Of a DNA stretch of 64,000 nucleotides, positions 42,275 through 51,418 are shown piece after piece. Numbering within the stretch: the first letter of the stretch is position 1; the number at the start of each line of letters is the position of its first letter. Location: contig JAUQQC010000002.1 of NCBI GenBank assembly GCA_030550025.1, positions 262,058 to 326,057 of the forward strand, written 5' to 3'. A model generated the notes under the pieces. The model was not told the origin of the DNA, did no database searches, and was given only the letters and a program-made list of their open reading frames with translations. This DNA is from Acidobacteriota bacterium. GTDB lineage: Bacteria > Acidobacteriota > Blastocatellia > HR10. The position numbers were made by a program, and so were the translations under genes.

Positions 42275-43948
42275 TCACTCCAGTGAGGGGATATGGAAGG
42301 GCCCAATGTGCGGGCCGGGATTGTGCAGCGTCACGCGCAAGGCCAGGGCGAGGACGCGGCGCGTCTCCTCCGGCGCGATGATGGCGTCCACGAAGCCACG
42401 CGCGGCAGCGAACCGCGCATCGAGCGTGTGTTCGTACTCGGCATGCATGCGTTCGACGGCCGCGCGCAGCTCGTCGCTCATCTGTCCGGTCTCCTTCGCC
42501 TTCTCCAACTGCGGACCGAGCACGGCGTAGATGGCGGTATCGCCCTCCATTACGCCCATGCGCCCTGTGGGCCAAGTAAAGATGAAGTTGGGATCAAAGC
42601 CTTGACCGGCCATCGCATAATATCCGGCTCCGCTCGCGTGATTGATGGTGAGGACCAAACGAGGGACGGTCGCCGTCGCCATGGCTTCAACCATGCGTGC
42701 TCCGGCGCGGATGATCCCACTCTGTTCGGCCTCGGGCCCGACCATGAATCCGGAGACGTCCTGGATGAAGAGGATGGGCAGACCCTCGCGATTGCACGTC
42801 TCGATGAAATAGGCCGACTTCTCCGCACTTTCGGTATAGATGATGCCACCCAGGCGCGGCGGCCCCCCCTTCGGGTTCTTGATGAGTCCGCGCTGATTGG
42901 CCAAAAAGCCAACGGGGATGCCCTCGATGCGGGCATATCCGCAGATCATCTCGCGCGCGTAATCGGCTTGAAATTCTGTGATCTCCCCGGCATCGAACAA
43001 GCGCACGAGAATCTGATACATGTCGTAGGCTTGGCGGTGGTCGGCTGGTAAGATGTCGTAAATCTCCTCCGGAGGATGAAGTGGGGGACGCGGCTCGGCG
43101 ATCGGCAGCCGGGGAGACGGTGGGGAAGGCAACAGCGCCACCAGATCGCGAATCTTCGCCAGGCAGGATTCGTCGTCTTTGGTGCGATAGTGTGCGACGC
43201 CGCTCAATGCATTATGCGTCCACGCGCCGCCCAACGTCTCGCTATCCACGGTCTGACCGGTCGCGCCCTTGACCAGATTCGGCCCGCCGAGCCCCATGAA
43301 CGAGGTCTTCTCGACCATGAGGATCACGTCGCTCAAGGCGGGCAAGTACGCGCCCCCGGCGATACAGGGTCCCATGACGGCGGCGATCTGCGGGACCTTC
43401 AGATACCGACGCATGATCGAGTTGTAGTAGAAGATGCGCCCGGCTCCATATTGTCCGGGGAAGACACCGCTCTGATAGGGGAGATTGACGCCCGCCGAGT
43501 CCACCAAGTACACGATCGGGACGCGATTGCGCATGGCGATCTCTTGCATGCGCAGGATCTTCTTGATCGTCTCCGGCCACCACGCACCAGCTTTGACCGT
43601 CGCGTCATTGGCGACGAGGACAACCGGACGGCCATGGATCATCCCAATGCCGGTGACGACGCCAGCCGCAGGCGCTTCCCCTTCATACTGGTCATAGGCG
43701 ACCAAAAGCCCGATCTCCAAAAAGTCGGTGCCCGGATCCAGCAAGCGTTCGATCCGCTCGCGGGCCGTCAGCTTGCCTTGCCGATGCTGGCGAGCGATCT
43801 TCTCCGGCCCGCCGCCCAGACGCAAGCGGGCTTCTAACGCGCGCAGCTCTTCCACCCGCTGGCGTAATGTTCGCAGCTGAGCGCCCTGCCCCGGTTCATG
43901 CGCAAACGGCATCGACGAGGGATCGCTCCGACGCAAGCGTTCCGTCAT
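42275..43948 (-). CDS. Acyl-CoA carboxylase carboxyltransferase (beta) subunit, propionyl-/methylcrotonyl-CoA carboxylase type
   Basis: GGGPEKIARQHRQGKLTARERIERLLDPGTDFLEIG, ANDATVKAGAWWPETIKKILR, two crotonase-like CT domains, 557 aa. Confidence 0.85.
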   Translation of the reverse strand: MTERLRRSDPSSMPFAHEPGQGAQLRTLRQRVEELRALEARLRLGGGPEKIARQHRQGKLTARERIERLLDPGTDFLEIGLLVAYDQYEGEAPAAGVVTGIGMIHGRPVVLVANDATVKAGAWWPETIKKILRMQEIAMRNRVPIVYLVDSAGVNLPYQSGVFPGQYGAGRIFYYNSIMRRYLKVPQIAAVMGPCIAGGAYLPALSDVILMVEKTSFMGLGGPNLVKGATGQTVDSETLGGAWTHNALSGVAHYRTKDDESCLAKIRDLVALLPSPPSPRLPIAEPRPPLHPPEEIYDILPADHRQAYDMYQILVRLFDAGEITEFQADYAREMICGYARIEGIPVGFLANQRGLIKNPKGGPPRLGGIIYTESAEKSAYFIETCNREGLPILFIQDVSGFMVGPEAEQSGIIRAGARMVEAMATATVPRLVLTINHASGAGYYAMAGQGFDPNFIFTWPTGRMGVMEGDTAIYAVLGPQLEKAKETGQMSDELRAAVERMHAEYEHTLDARFAAARGFVDAIIAPEETRRVLALALRVTLHNPGPHIGPFHIPSLE

Positions 43949-43951
43949 AGG

Positions 43952-44731
43952 TCACCTTTCTGTCCGTCGCACCTTCAAGGGGACGACCGGGGGGATCGTC
44001 TTCCCCTCGCGCACGGCGAAGAAGCGCCGCACTTCTTCGGGCGTGAGGTATCGCCACATGCCCGGCTTCAACCCCTCATCGGTGAGGAACCCGATGGCCA
44101 CGCGCCGCAGCTTGAGGACGGAGTGGCCGATCAGGTCGAACATCTTGCGAATCTGACGGTTGATCCCCTGATAGAGCGTCACGGCATACCAGGCGTTCGT
44201 CCGCGTGCGTTCGATCTCGACGATCTCGCACGGCGCGGTGCGCTTGCCGTCAATGACCACGCCGCGCCGCAATCGTTCGATGGCCTTCTCGTCCGGGATG
44301 CCCTTGACCTTCACGTGATAGACCTTTGGGATCCGGAACTTCGCCGAGGTGATGAGATAGGTGAATTCCCCATCGTTCGTCAGCAGCAGCAACCCCTCCG
44401 TGTTGAAGTCCAACCGTCCCACCGGATGCACGCGCGGTGGAAGCGGGGGCAAAAGCTTCGTCACCAACGGTCGCCCCTGCGGATCGAAGAGGCTCGACAG
44501 ATACCCCTTCGGTTTGTTGAGCAAGATGTAGACCTTCTTCCGCGAATGCAGAAGGGGATTGATCAGCTTCCCCCGAACCTTGATGTGATCGCGCTCGGGA
44601 TCAGCCTTCGCCCCCAGTTTCGTGACGACTTGCCCGTTGACGGTCACCAGCCCCATGCGGATCAACTCCTCGGCCTTTCGCCGAGAGGCGATCCCCGCTT
44701 CGGCGATCAACTTCTGCAACCGCACTTCCAT
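43952..44731 (-). CDS. rluB: 23S rRNA pseudouridine synthase, RsuA/RluB family
   Basis: N-terminal S4 domain (RLQKLIAEAGIASRRKAEELIRMGLVTVNGQVV) and catalytic HPVGRLDFNTEGLLLLTNDGEF (Asp in RLD motif). Confidence 0.85.
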   Translation of the reverse strand: MEVRLQKLIAEAGIASRRKAEELIRMGLVTVNGQVVTKLGAKADPERDHIKVRGKLINPLLHSRKKVYILLNKPKGYLSSLFDPQGRPLVTKLLPPLPPRVHPVGRLDFNTEGLLLLTNDGEFTYLITSAKFRIPKVYHVKVKGIPDEKAIERLRRGVVIDGKRTAPCEIVEIERTRTNAWYAVTLYQGINRQIRKMFDLIGHSVLKLRRVAIGFLTDEGLKPGMWRYLTPEEVRRFFAVREGKTIPPVVPLKVRRTER

Positions 44732-44737
44732 GGCCGT

Positions 44738-45283
44738 TCATGAGCCCCCCGATCCCAGCTCCTCGAAGTCCTCGATCGTCGGCAGCTCGCTCAGATCATT
44801 CAGGCCGAATTGGATGAGGAACTCCCGTGAAGTTCCATACAGGATCGGGCGGCCGACGACCGGCTTTCGCCCCTTCGGTTCGATGAGGCGCTTCTCCAGC
44901 AACGTCTTCACGGCGCGCGCGGAGTTGACGCCGCGGATCTCTTGGATCTCCGGCAGCGTGATCGGTTGCTTGTAGGCGATGACGGCCAGCGTCTCCAGCG
45001 CGGCCATCGAGAGGCGGGCCGAGGGCCGCGTCTTCAAATACCGCCGGATGTAGTCGTGATATTCCGGGCGCGTGCTAATCCGATACCCCCCGGCGATGCG
45101 CCGCAGCTCCAATCCGCGCCCGTTGGCCTCGTACTCCTGCCGCAGCGCCTCCAGGGCCGCGTCGAGATTTGCCCGATCCACTTCCGGGAGGATCTGCGCC
45201 AACTCCTCCTCGGTGATCGGCTCCGAAGCGACGAAGATCAAAGCTTCGAGGATCGGCTTGAGCTCCTCGATCGTCATGGTCAT
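44738..45283 (-). CDS. scpB: Segregation and condensation protein B
   Basis: LEALIFVASEPITEEELAQIL...AALETLAVIAYKQPITLPEIQEIRGV match ScpB winged-helix repeats. Confidence 0.9.
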   Translation of the reverse strand: MTMTIEELKPILEALIFVASEPITEEELAQILPEVDRANLDAALEALRQEYEANGRGLELRRIAGGYRISTRPEYHDYIRRYLKTRPSARLSMAALETLAVIAYKQPITLPEIQEIRGVNSARAVKTLLEKRLIEPKGRKPVVGRPILYGTSREFLIQFGLNDLSELPTIEDFEELGSGGS

Positions 45284-45322
45284 CTCTCGATGGCCATCCC
45301 CCTCGCGCGAGGTTCCAGCGGC

Positions 45323-46123
45323 TCACATTGCGATCTCTGCCGAAGCGCGCACTCGCAGAGCCAGGAGGCGACCGAACCGCTCCGTCTGCACCAGTCGAAT
45401 GACGGCAACCCGTACCAATTCTAGCACGGCGAGGAAGAGGATCAACAGCTCGCGCCGCGAGCGCGCGGCCTCAAAGAGCGCCGTGATGTCCAGGCGCTCC
45501 TCTCGTTCGAGCAAGGCCCGCAGCTCCGCGATCTTCTCGGCCATCGTGATCTCCTCGCGAGCGAGGGTCAGCTCCCGCCGCTCCTTGAGCCGTTCCATGG
45601 CACGCTGGAAGGCGCAGAAGAGATCGAACAGCGTGGCGTTCACCTCCGGATTCGCGTCATCGGTCTCCAGGCGGCCGCGCGTGAAGACGGCCTGCTCTCG
45701 CTCGGCCTTCGACCAGAGGAGTTCGGCGGCCGTCTTGTACCTCTGATATTCGAGCAAGCGTTGGACGAGTTCTCGACGGGGATCCTCTTCCTCCTCTGCT
45801 TCCGCGGCTTGCGCCGAATCTCGCGGCAGCAGCATCTTCGACTTGATGTAGATGAGCGTCGCCGCCATGACCAGATATTCGCTGGCGATCGTCAGATCCA
45901 GCTCCTCCATGTGACGGAGGTATTCGAGATATTGCTCGGTGATGCGCGCGATGGGGATGTCGTAGATGCTCACCTGCTCCTTCTTGATGAGATGCAGGAG
46001 CAGATCGAGCGGACCCTCGAAGACGTCGAGCTTGACCGTGTAGCGAGGAAGCGGCTCCCCGTCGCGCTCCGATTCCCGAGGGGGGATCTCTTCGGGACGA
46101 TCAAGCCAGTCGTCCGCGCGCAC
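45323..46123 (-). CDS. scpA: Segregation and condensation protein A
   Basis: LDVFEGPLDLLLHLIKKEQVSIYDIPIARITEQYLEYL is the ScpA signature. Confidence 0.9.
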   Translation of the reverse strand: MRADDWLDRPEEIPPRESERDGEPLPRYTVKLDVFEGPLDLLLHLIKKEQVSIYDIPIARITEQYLEYLRHMEELDLTIASEYLVMAATLIYIKSKMLLPRDSAQAAEAEEEEDPRRELVQRLLEYQRYKTAAELLWSKAEREQAVFTRGRLETDDANPEVNATLFDLFCAFQRAMERLKERRELTLAREEITMAEKIAELRALLEREERLDITALFEAARSRRELLILFLAVLELVRVAVIRLVQTERFGRLLALRVRASAEIAM

Positions 46124-46132
46124 GGTCCTCTC

Positions 46133-47116
46133 CTATACGGTCATCTGCATGGCCGCGCGAACGCGCGCCATCGTCTCGGCCGCATGTTGGCGGGCGCGAC
46201 GCGAACCTTCGACCAGAAGCTCTCGCACCTCTTCGGAGTGACTCTCGTAATACGCGCTCTTCTCGGCGATCGGAGCGAGTCGCTCGCGGAGGTTCTCGTA
46301 AAGGATGCGCTTGCAGTCCACGCAACCGATGCCGGCCCGACGGCACTCCACGTTTACGTGCGCCTGATGCTCCGGCGGGCTGAAGACGCGATGCAGCGCG
46401 TAGACCGGGCAGACGTCCGGATTCCCCGGATCGGTGCGACGCACGCGGGCCGGATCGGTCACCATCGTCCGCAGCTTCTCCCACATCAGCTCAGGCGGGT
46501 CGGTCAGGCGGATGTCGTTGCCGTAGCTTTTGCTCATCTTCCGGCCATCGGTGCCGGGAAGTCGCGGAGCGTGCGTCAAGAGCGCCTGCGGCTCTGGGAA
46601 GACCTCTCCGTAGAGCTTGTTGAACCGCCGGGCGATCTCGCGCGTCAACTCAATGTGCGGCACCTGATCTTCCCCGACCGGGACGAAATGGGCTTGGTAG
46701 ATCAAGATGTCGGCAGCTTGCAAGACCGGGTAGCCGAGGAAGGCGTAGTTCCCCAGGTCCTTTTCCCGGATGTTCTCCCGCTGCTCCTTATAGGTCGGAA
46801 CGCGCTCGAGCCATCCGAGCGGCGTCACGCAGGAGAGCAACAGATGCAGCTCCGCATGCTCGGGCACGAGCGATTGCACAAAGAGCGTCGCGCGGTTCGG
46901 GTCAAGCCCCGCCGCCAGCCAATCCCCAACCATGAGCAGCGTGTTCGGACGAATCTGCGATGGATCGGCATAATCCGTCGTGAGCGCATGCCAATCGGCG
47001 ACGAAGAAGAAGCACTCGTACTCGTGCTGAAGCTGCGTCCAATTCTTCAAGGCGCCTTCCAGATGACCGAGATGCAGCTTGCCCGTCGGTCGCATTCCGC
47101 TCACCACGCGCGGCAT
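46133..47116 (-). CDS. trpS: Tryptophan--tRNA ligase
   Basis: SGMRPTGKLHLGHLEG (HIGH motif) and KMSKSYGN (KMSKS). Confidence 0.95.
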   Translation of the reverse strand: MPRVVSGMRPTGKLHLGHLEGALKNWTQLQHEYECFFFVADWHALTTDYADPSQIRPNTLLMVGDWLAAGLDPNRATLFVQSLVPEHAELHLLLSCVTPLGWLERVPTYKEQRENIREKDLGNYAFLGYPVLQAADILIYQAHFVPVGEDQVPHIELTREIARRFNKLYGEVFPEPQALLTHAPRLPGTDGRKMSKSYGNDIRLTDPPELMWEKLRTMVTDPARVRRTDPGNPDVCPVYALHRVFSPPEHQAHVNVECRRAGIGCVDCKRILYENLRERLAPIAEKSAYYESHSEEVRELLVEGSRRARQHAAETMARVRAAMQMTV

Positions 47117-47126
47117 ATGACCTCCT

Positions 47127-47801
47127 TCATTGGACGAGGAGATAGAGTTCGGTCACCGGTCGGATGTTCATGACCAGCCAAAAGACGGGAGCGAAGACCA
47201 GGCGCAGGACGCCCAGGAGCATCAAGCCGTAGAGCAAGAAGATGCCCAAGGGGCGGATCTGATCGAACACGTCGGCCGCGCTCTCCGGCAGCAGATGATA
47301 GAGGACCCAATGCCCATCCAGCGGCGGGATCGGGATGAGGTTGAAGACCGCCAGCGCGACATTCAGCATCACGCCGATGAGGAGCATCTTCCCCAAGGGA
47401 GTGAACAAGCCCCCTAAGCTTCGCGCCGTCGCCTCCCAATTCATGCCGAGCAGCAGGATGAGCCCTAAAAAGGTGCCGGCCAAAAGCAGATTGCTCCCGG
47501 GACCGGCCAGCGAGACAAGGATATGGTGCTTTCGCGTCTCGCGCAGATGCAGAGGGTTCACCGGGACCGGCTTCGCCCATCCGATCAGCGGCACGCCCGA
47601 GAAGAAGCTGAAGATCGGGAACAGGATCGTGCCGAACACGTCCACGTGGGCGGCCGGGTTGAGCGTCACCCTCCCCAGATAATACGCCGTGTAATCCCCG
47701 AATCGGTTCGCCGTCCACGCGTGCGCTGCTTCATGCAGCGAGAGGGAGAAGAGGAAGACGACGAACCAGAGGATGAAATCGCCGATGCTCCGTTCGATCA
47801 A
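47127..47801 (-). CDS. M50-family (site-2 protease-like) zinc metallopeptidase
   Basis: HEAAHAW (HExxH in a TM helix) and polytopic membrane topology with NLIPIPPLDGHWVL (LDG motif). Confidence 0.75.
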   Translation of the reverse strand: MIERSIGDFILWFVVFLFSLSLHEAAHAWTANRFGDYTAYYLGRVTLNPAAHVDVFGTILFPIFSFFSGVPLIGWAKPVPVNPLHLRETRKHHILVSLAGPGSNLLLAGTFLGLILLLGMNWEATARSLGGLFTPLGKMLLIGVMLNVALAVFNLIPIPPLDGHWVLYHLLPESAADVFDQIRPLGIFLLYGLMLLGVLRLVFAPVFWLVMNIRPVTELYLLVQ

Positions 47802-47828
47802 GGCCGCTCGCTCCTTTCCAGGACCTGC

Positions 47829-48863
47829 TCACCACAGCTCGAGCAGGTATCCCCGAATGCCGAGAGGAAGCATGTACAGCTCCCCCTGCGTGCTCGCCAG
47901 GATCATATTGCCGGCATCGTCGAAGGCCAAGCCGACGAGCGTCTTCCCCGCGACGAAGAGGTCCGCTTCGCCGCGCGGGGTGATCTTGACGATGCCACGG
48001 CGCCCGCGCCAACTGGCAGCCACGTAGAGATTCCCTTCCACGTCGAAGGCGAGCCCTTGCGGTCGTCCGAGTCCCGTGAAGAAGAAGCCCACCTCGCCAT
48101 CGGGAGAGATCCGATAAATGGACTCATTGCTGGAGGCCGTCGGTCCCGTCACGTACAGATGCCCGTCGGGACCGAAGGCCAGATGATAGGCCGAGACGCT
48201 CGGCTCCAGCTCCGCAAAAGGCGTCGCTTCCCCGATCTCGTTCACGGCGAAGATTGTCCCGCTGCGATCTCCGACGAACATGCGCCCCTCGCGATCGAAC
48301 GCCAAGCCCGTCGCAATCCCCAGATCGCGGGCGAACGGCTCCGCTTCTTTGAAGGGCGAGATCCGATAGACGGTGCCGTCGTAGCGGCTCGTCACGAACA
48401 TCGTCCCCTCACGATCGAAGGCGATGGCCGTCGCGTTCATGATGTCGTGCAGGAACTCACTCTTCTCTCCAAGGGGCGAGATGCGGTAGATCGAGCACGG
48501 AACCTTTTGTCCTCGGCTGCCGCTATAGGTGACATAGATGTAGCCGCTCTCGACGTCGTAGGCGGGATTGGTCACCGGATGCAATTCGGTGGCGATCAAG
48601 CGGCCGACCAGGAAGGGGACGCTCGGACTGCGCTCGCCGTTGACCTCAATCACCAGCGGCACCGGCTGTGGTTCTCGTCCAGCTTCGCCGGGAACGGCGA
48701 CCGTCACTCGATGCGGCGAGGCTCCGACGATGCGGCCGGCCACGTTCCCGAAGAGAACGCGGAAACGGCCGAAGCGACTCGTATCCAGATCCCGGCACGT
48801 GATGATCACCTCTCCGCCGTCAACGCCCGCCGGCGGCGAGACGCTGATGATCGCTGGCCTCAT
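47829..48863 (-). CDS. IPT/TIG-domain plus NHL/SMP-30-like six-bladed beta-propeller repeat protein
   Basis: N-terminal IISVSPPAGVDGGEVIITCRDL (IPT-like) followed by ~6 repeats of the YRISP..G...F...LG.P.GLAFD.EGN.YV pattern. Confidence 0.55.
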   Translation of the reverse strand: MRPAIISVSPPAGVDGGEVIITCRDLDTSRFGRFRVLFGNVAGRIVGASPHRVTVAVPGEAGREPQPVPLVIEVNGERSPSVPFLVGRLIATELHPVTNPAYDVESGYIYVTYSGSRGQKVPCSIYRISPLGEKSEFLHDIMNATAIAFDREGTMFVTSRYDGTVYRISPFKEAEPFARDLGIATGLAFDREGRMFVGDRSGTIFAVNEIGEATPFAELEPSVSAYHLAFGPDGHLYVTGPTASSNESIYRISPDGEVGFFFTGLGRPQGLAFDVEGNLYVAASWRGRRGIVKITPRGEADLFVAGKTLVGLAFDDAGNMILASTQGELYMLPLGIRGYLLELW

Positions 48864-49000
48864 ATCGGCATCATCTCATGTGGGCCTTCCGGCACGCGCG
48901 ACGTATAATCATACGGTGAAAGCGCCGCGCTTGTCCACCGAGAGAGCCTTTTGCGCCAGGTAGCGGCGCGCTATAATCCCTCTTTCGGCGGAGGGGAGTC

Positions 49001-50335
49001 ATGTCGGGCGTCTACGAAGATTCGGCGGTCGGATTGCCCCATGCGGTTGAGACGGAACGTTCGATCCTCGGCCTCATCTTGCTCGATAATTCGGCGCTGC
49101 ATCACGTCCTGGCCCACTTGGATCGCGAGGATTTTTACATGGATGCCCATCGGCGCATCTTCGAGAAGATGATCGCGCTCTACGAGAAGGGGCGTCCTGT
49201 GGATCCGATCACGCTCAGGGAGGAGCTGGCGGCCTCGGGCGAATTGGAGCAGGTGGGGGGAGCCGCGGCCATCGCCCGATTGATGGACGGTCTGCCGCAG
49301 CTTCAGAATATCGAGCACTACGTCCGCATCGTTCGCGAGAAGTCGCTCTTGCGGAAGTTGATTCGCGCAGCCAATCAGATCATCACCGAATGTTTGGCTG
49401 CTCCGGAAGACCCCGAAGAGGTCTTAGATCGCGCCCAAGCGACGATCCTGCGCATCGCCGAGGAGCGCATGACGCGCGGCTTTGTCGGCATCGGGGAGAT
49501 CGCGCGCGCACAGCTTCTGCACGTCGAGCAGATGGCGGGTCGGCCGCACATGCTCACGGGGCTGCCGACGGGATTCACCGATTTGGATGAGATGACCTCG
49601 GGGCTTCAACCCGGCGATATGATCATCGTCGCTGGGCGACCCTCCTCGGGGAAGACGGGTTTCGCGCTCTCGATCGCCCAAAACGTCGCCGCCGCCGGAT
49701 ACGTCGTCGGGATCGCCAGCCTCGAGATGAGCAAGGAGCAGCTCGTGCAACGCATACTCTGCTCGGCCGCACGGATCAATCTCCACCGTTTTCGCGGGGG
49801 ATTCTTGAGCCGCGAAGAATGGGGGCGTCTGGCAGAGGCCTTGGGACGGCTGGCAACGTACAAGATCTTCATTGACGATACGCCCGCGATGACGGCGCTG
49901 GAGCTGCGCGCCAAGGCGCGACGCCTCAAGCACGAAAAAGGATTGGACCTGCTCATTGTGGATTACCTGCAGCTGATGGCCACGCGGGGGCGCTTCGAGA
50001 ATCGGCAGCAGGAGGTCTCGGCGATCTCCCGCGAGCTGAAGCAGATCGCCAAGGATTTGAACGTTCCTTTGATCGCCGTGAGCCAGCTCTCGCGCGCGCC
50101 CGAGGCGCGAACCAGCCACCGACCGCAGCTCTCGGACCTGCGCGACTCTGGGTCGCTCGAACAGGATGCCGATGTGGTGCTCTTCGTCTATCGGGAGGAG
50201 ATGTACAATCGGACTGAGGAGAACGAAGGGATCGCGGAGATCATCGTCGGGAAACAACGCAACGGGCCGACGGGCAGCGTTCAAGTGGCCTTCGTGAAGG
50301 AGTTCACGCGGTTCGAGAATCTCTGGCAGCAGTAG
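49001..50335 (+). CDS. dnaB: Replicative DNA helicase
   Basis: ERSILGLILLDN (N-terminal domain), GDMIIVAGRPSSGKTGFALSIAQN (Walker A), LDLLIVDYLQLM, ISRELKQIAKDLNVPLIAVSQLSR; 444 aa, no intein. Confidence 0.95.
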   Translation: MSGVYEDSAVGLPHAVETERSILGLILLDNSALHHVLAHLDREDFYMDAHRRIFEKMIALYEKGRPVDPITLREELAASGELEQVGGAAAIARLMDGLPQLQNIEHYVRIVREKSLLRKLIRAANQIITECLAAPEDPEEVLDRAQATILRIAEERMTRGFVGIGEIARAQLLHVEQMAGRPHMLTGLPTGFTDLDEMTSGLQPGDMIIVAGRPSSGKTGFALSIAQNVAAAGYVVGIASLEMSKEQLVQRILCSAARINLHRFRGGFLSREEWGRLAEALGRLATYKIFIDDTPAMTALELRAKARRLKHEKGLDLLIVDYLQLMATRGRFENRQQEVSAISRELKQIAKDLNVPLIAVSQLSRAPEARTSHRPQLSDLRDSGSLEQDADVVLFVYREEMYNRTEENEGIAEIIVGKQRNGPTGSVQVAFVKEFTRFENLWQQ

Positions 50336-50384
50336 TGGCTCCCGCCCCCGGAAATCGCGTGCGGATAGCAAGCGGCGGCTATCA

Positions 50385-50430
50385 GTGCTAAAATACCCTT
50401 TGGCCGGTCAATGTAGATTGGCCGCAGGGT
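50385..50430 (+). promoter_or_regulatory. Inverted repeat AATACCCTttggccgg-N11-tggccgcAGGGTATT in the VWA gene leader
   Basis: 8-bp perfect arms AATACCCT/AGGGTATT with a partial inner extension, read directly; ends ~15 nt before the VWA RBS GGAGGAGAGAG. Confidence 0.35.
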
Positions 50431-50445
50431 ATTCGGAGGAGAGAG

Positions 50446-51411
50446 ATGAACGCCCTGAGTGCCGCTATGGTCGGTTTTCTCCTCTGGCTCATGGCTCCGC
50501 CCGTCCCGGCGCAGACGGCCCCCATTCAAGGAACGAGTTCCACCGATCAGCGAGCTTCTCCCGAACAAACGCCGGCCGTCCGGCTCGGCACGAACCTCGT
50601 CATCGTCCCGGTCACGGTCATGGATCCTTACGATCGGTTCGTCACCGGACTCAGGAAGGAGCATTTCGAGGTCTACGATGAGAAGGTCAAACAAGAGATC
50701 GTCTTCTTCAGCGAGGAAGACGCCCCTCTCTCGATCGGCATCGTCTTCGACGTCTCCGGCAGCATGCGCGAGAAGATCACCCGCGCCCGCGCGGCTCTGC
50801 GACGGTTTTTGGACACCAGCCATCCCGATGATGAGTTCTTCGTCGTCGCCTTCAACCACGAGGTGCAGCTCGCCCAGGACTTCACCACGAGCGCCGAGAC
50901 GATCATGTCCAAGTTGATGCTCATCGCGCCGCAGGGGCGCACGGCGCTCTACGACGCCGCGTATCTAGGGATAGAGAAGGTGCGACAAGGCAAGCATGCG
51001 CGCAAGGCCTTGCTCATCATCAGCGATGGACAGGATAACTCCTCGCGCTATACCTACGGTCAGTTGCGCGACCTCGTGAAGGAGTCTGACGTGCAGATCT
51101 ACGCCATCGGCATCTTCGGATTGAACGAGCGCGCCACCTCGAACGAGGCGCTCGGTCGCTCCATTCTGGAAGAGATCACCTCGCTCACGGGAGGGCGAGC
51201 CTTCTTCCCGGATACGCCCGTTGAACTCGATGACGTGCTCACGCGCATCGCCTTGGAGTTGCGCCATCAATACAGCCTCGGATTCTATCCGACGAACGCC
51301 TCGCGCGAAGGTGAGTGGCGCCGGATTCGCGTGCGCGTCAATCCGCCGCGCGGACTGCCGCGGCTGACCGTCCGGGCCCGCGAGGGGTACTATGCCACGC
51401 AACCGCAGTGA
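50446..51411 (+). CDS. Secreted von Willebrand factor type A (VWA) domain protein
   Basis: Signal peptide MNALSAAMVGFLLWLMAPPVPAQ; VWA core IVFDVSGSM (MIDAS DxSxS) ...TALYDAAY...LIISDGQDNSS...IYAIGI. Confidence 0.8.
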   Translation: MNALSAAMVGFLLWLMAPPVPAQTAPIQGTSSTDQRASPEQTPAVRLGTNLVIVPVTVMDPYDRFVTGLRKEHFEVYDEKVKQEIVFFSEEDAPLSIGIVFDVSGSMREKITRARAALRRFLDTSHPDDEFFVVAFNHEVQLAQDFTTSAETIMSKLMLIAPQGRTALYDAAYLGIEKVRQGKHARKALLIISDGQDNSSRYTYGQLRDLVKESDVQIYAIGIFGLNERATSNEALGRSILEEITSLTGGRAFFPDTPVELDDVLTRIALELRHQYSLGFYPTNASREGEWRRIRVRVNPPRGLPRLTVRAREGYYATQPQ

Positions 51412-51418
51412 GGGTGAG

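Noticed and set aside
51392-51418. Upstream start (M1, 51392) for the second VWA gene
   Set aside because: It would overlap the first VWA gene by 20 nt. M10 at 51419 has GAGGGTGAG immediately upstream and still yields a signal peptide. Kept as an alternative, not excluded.
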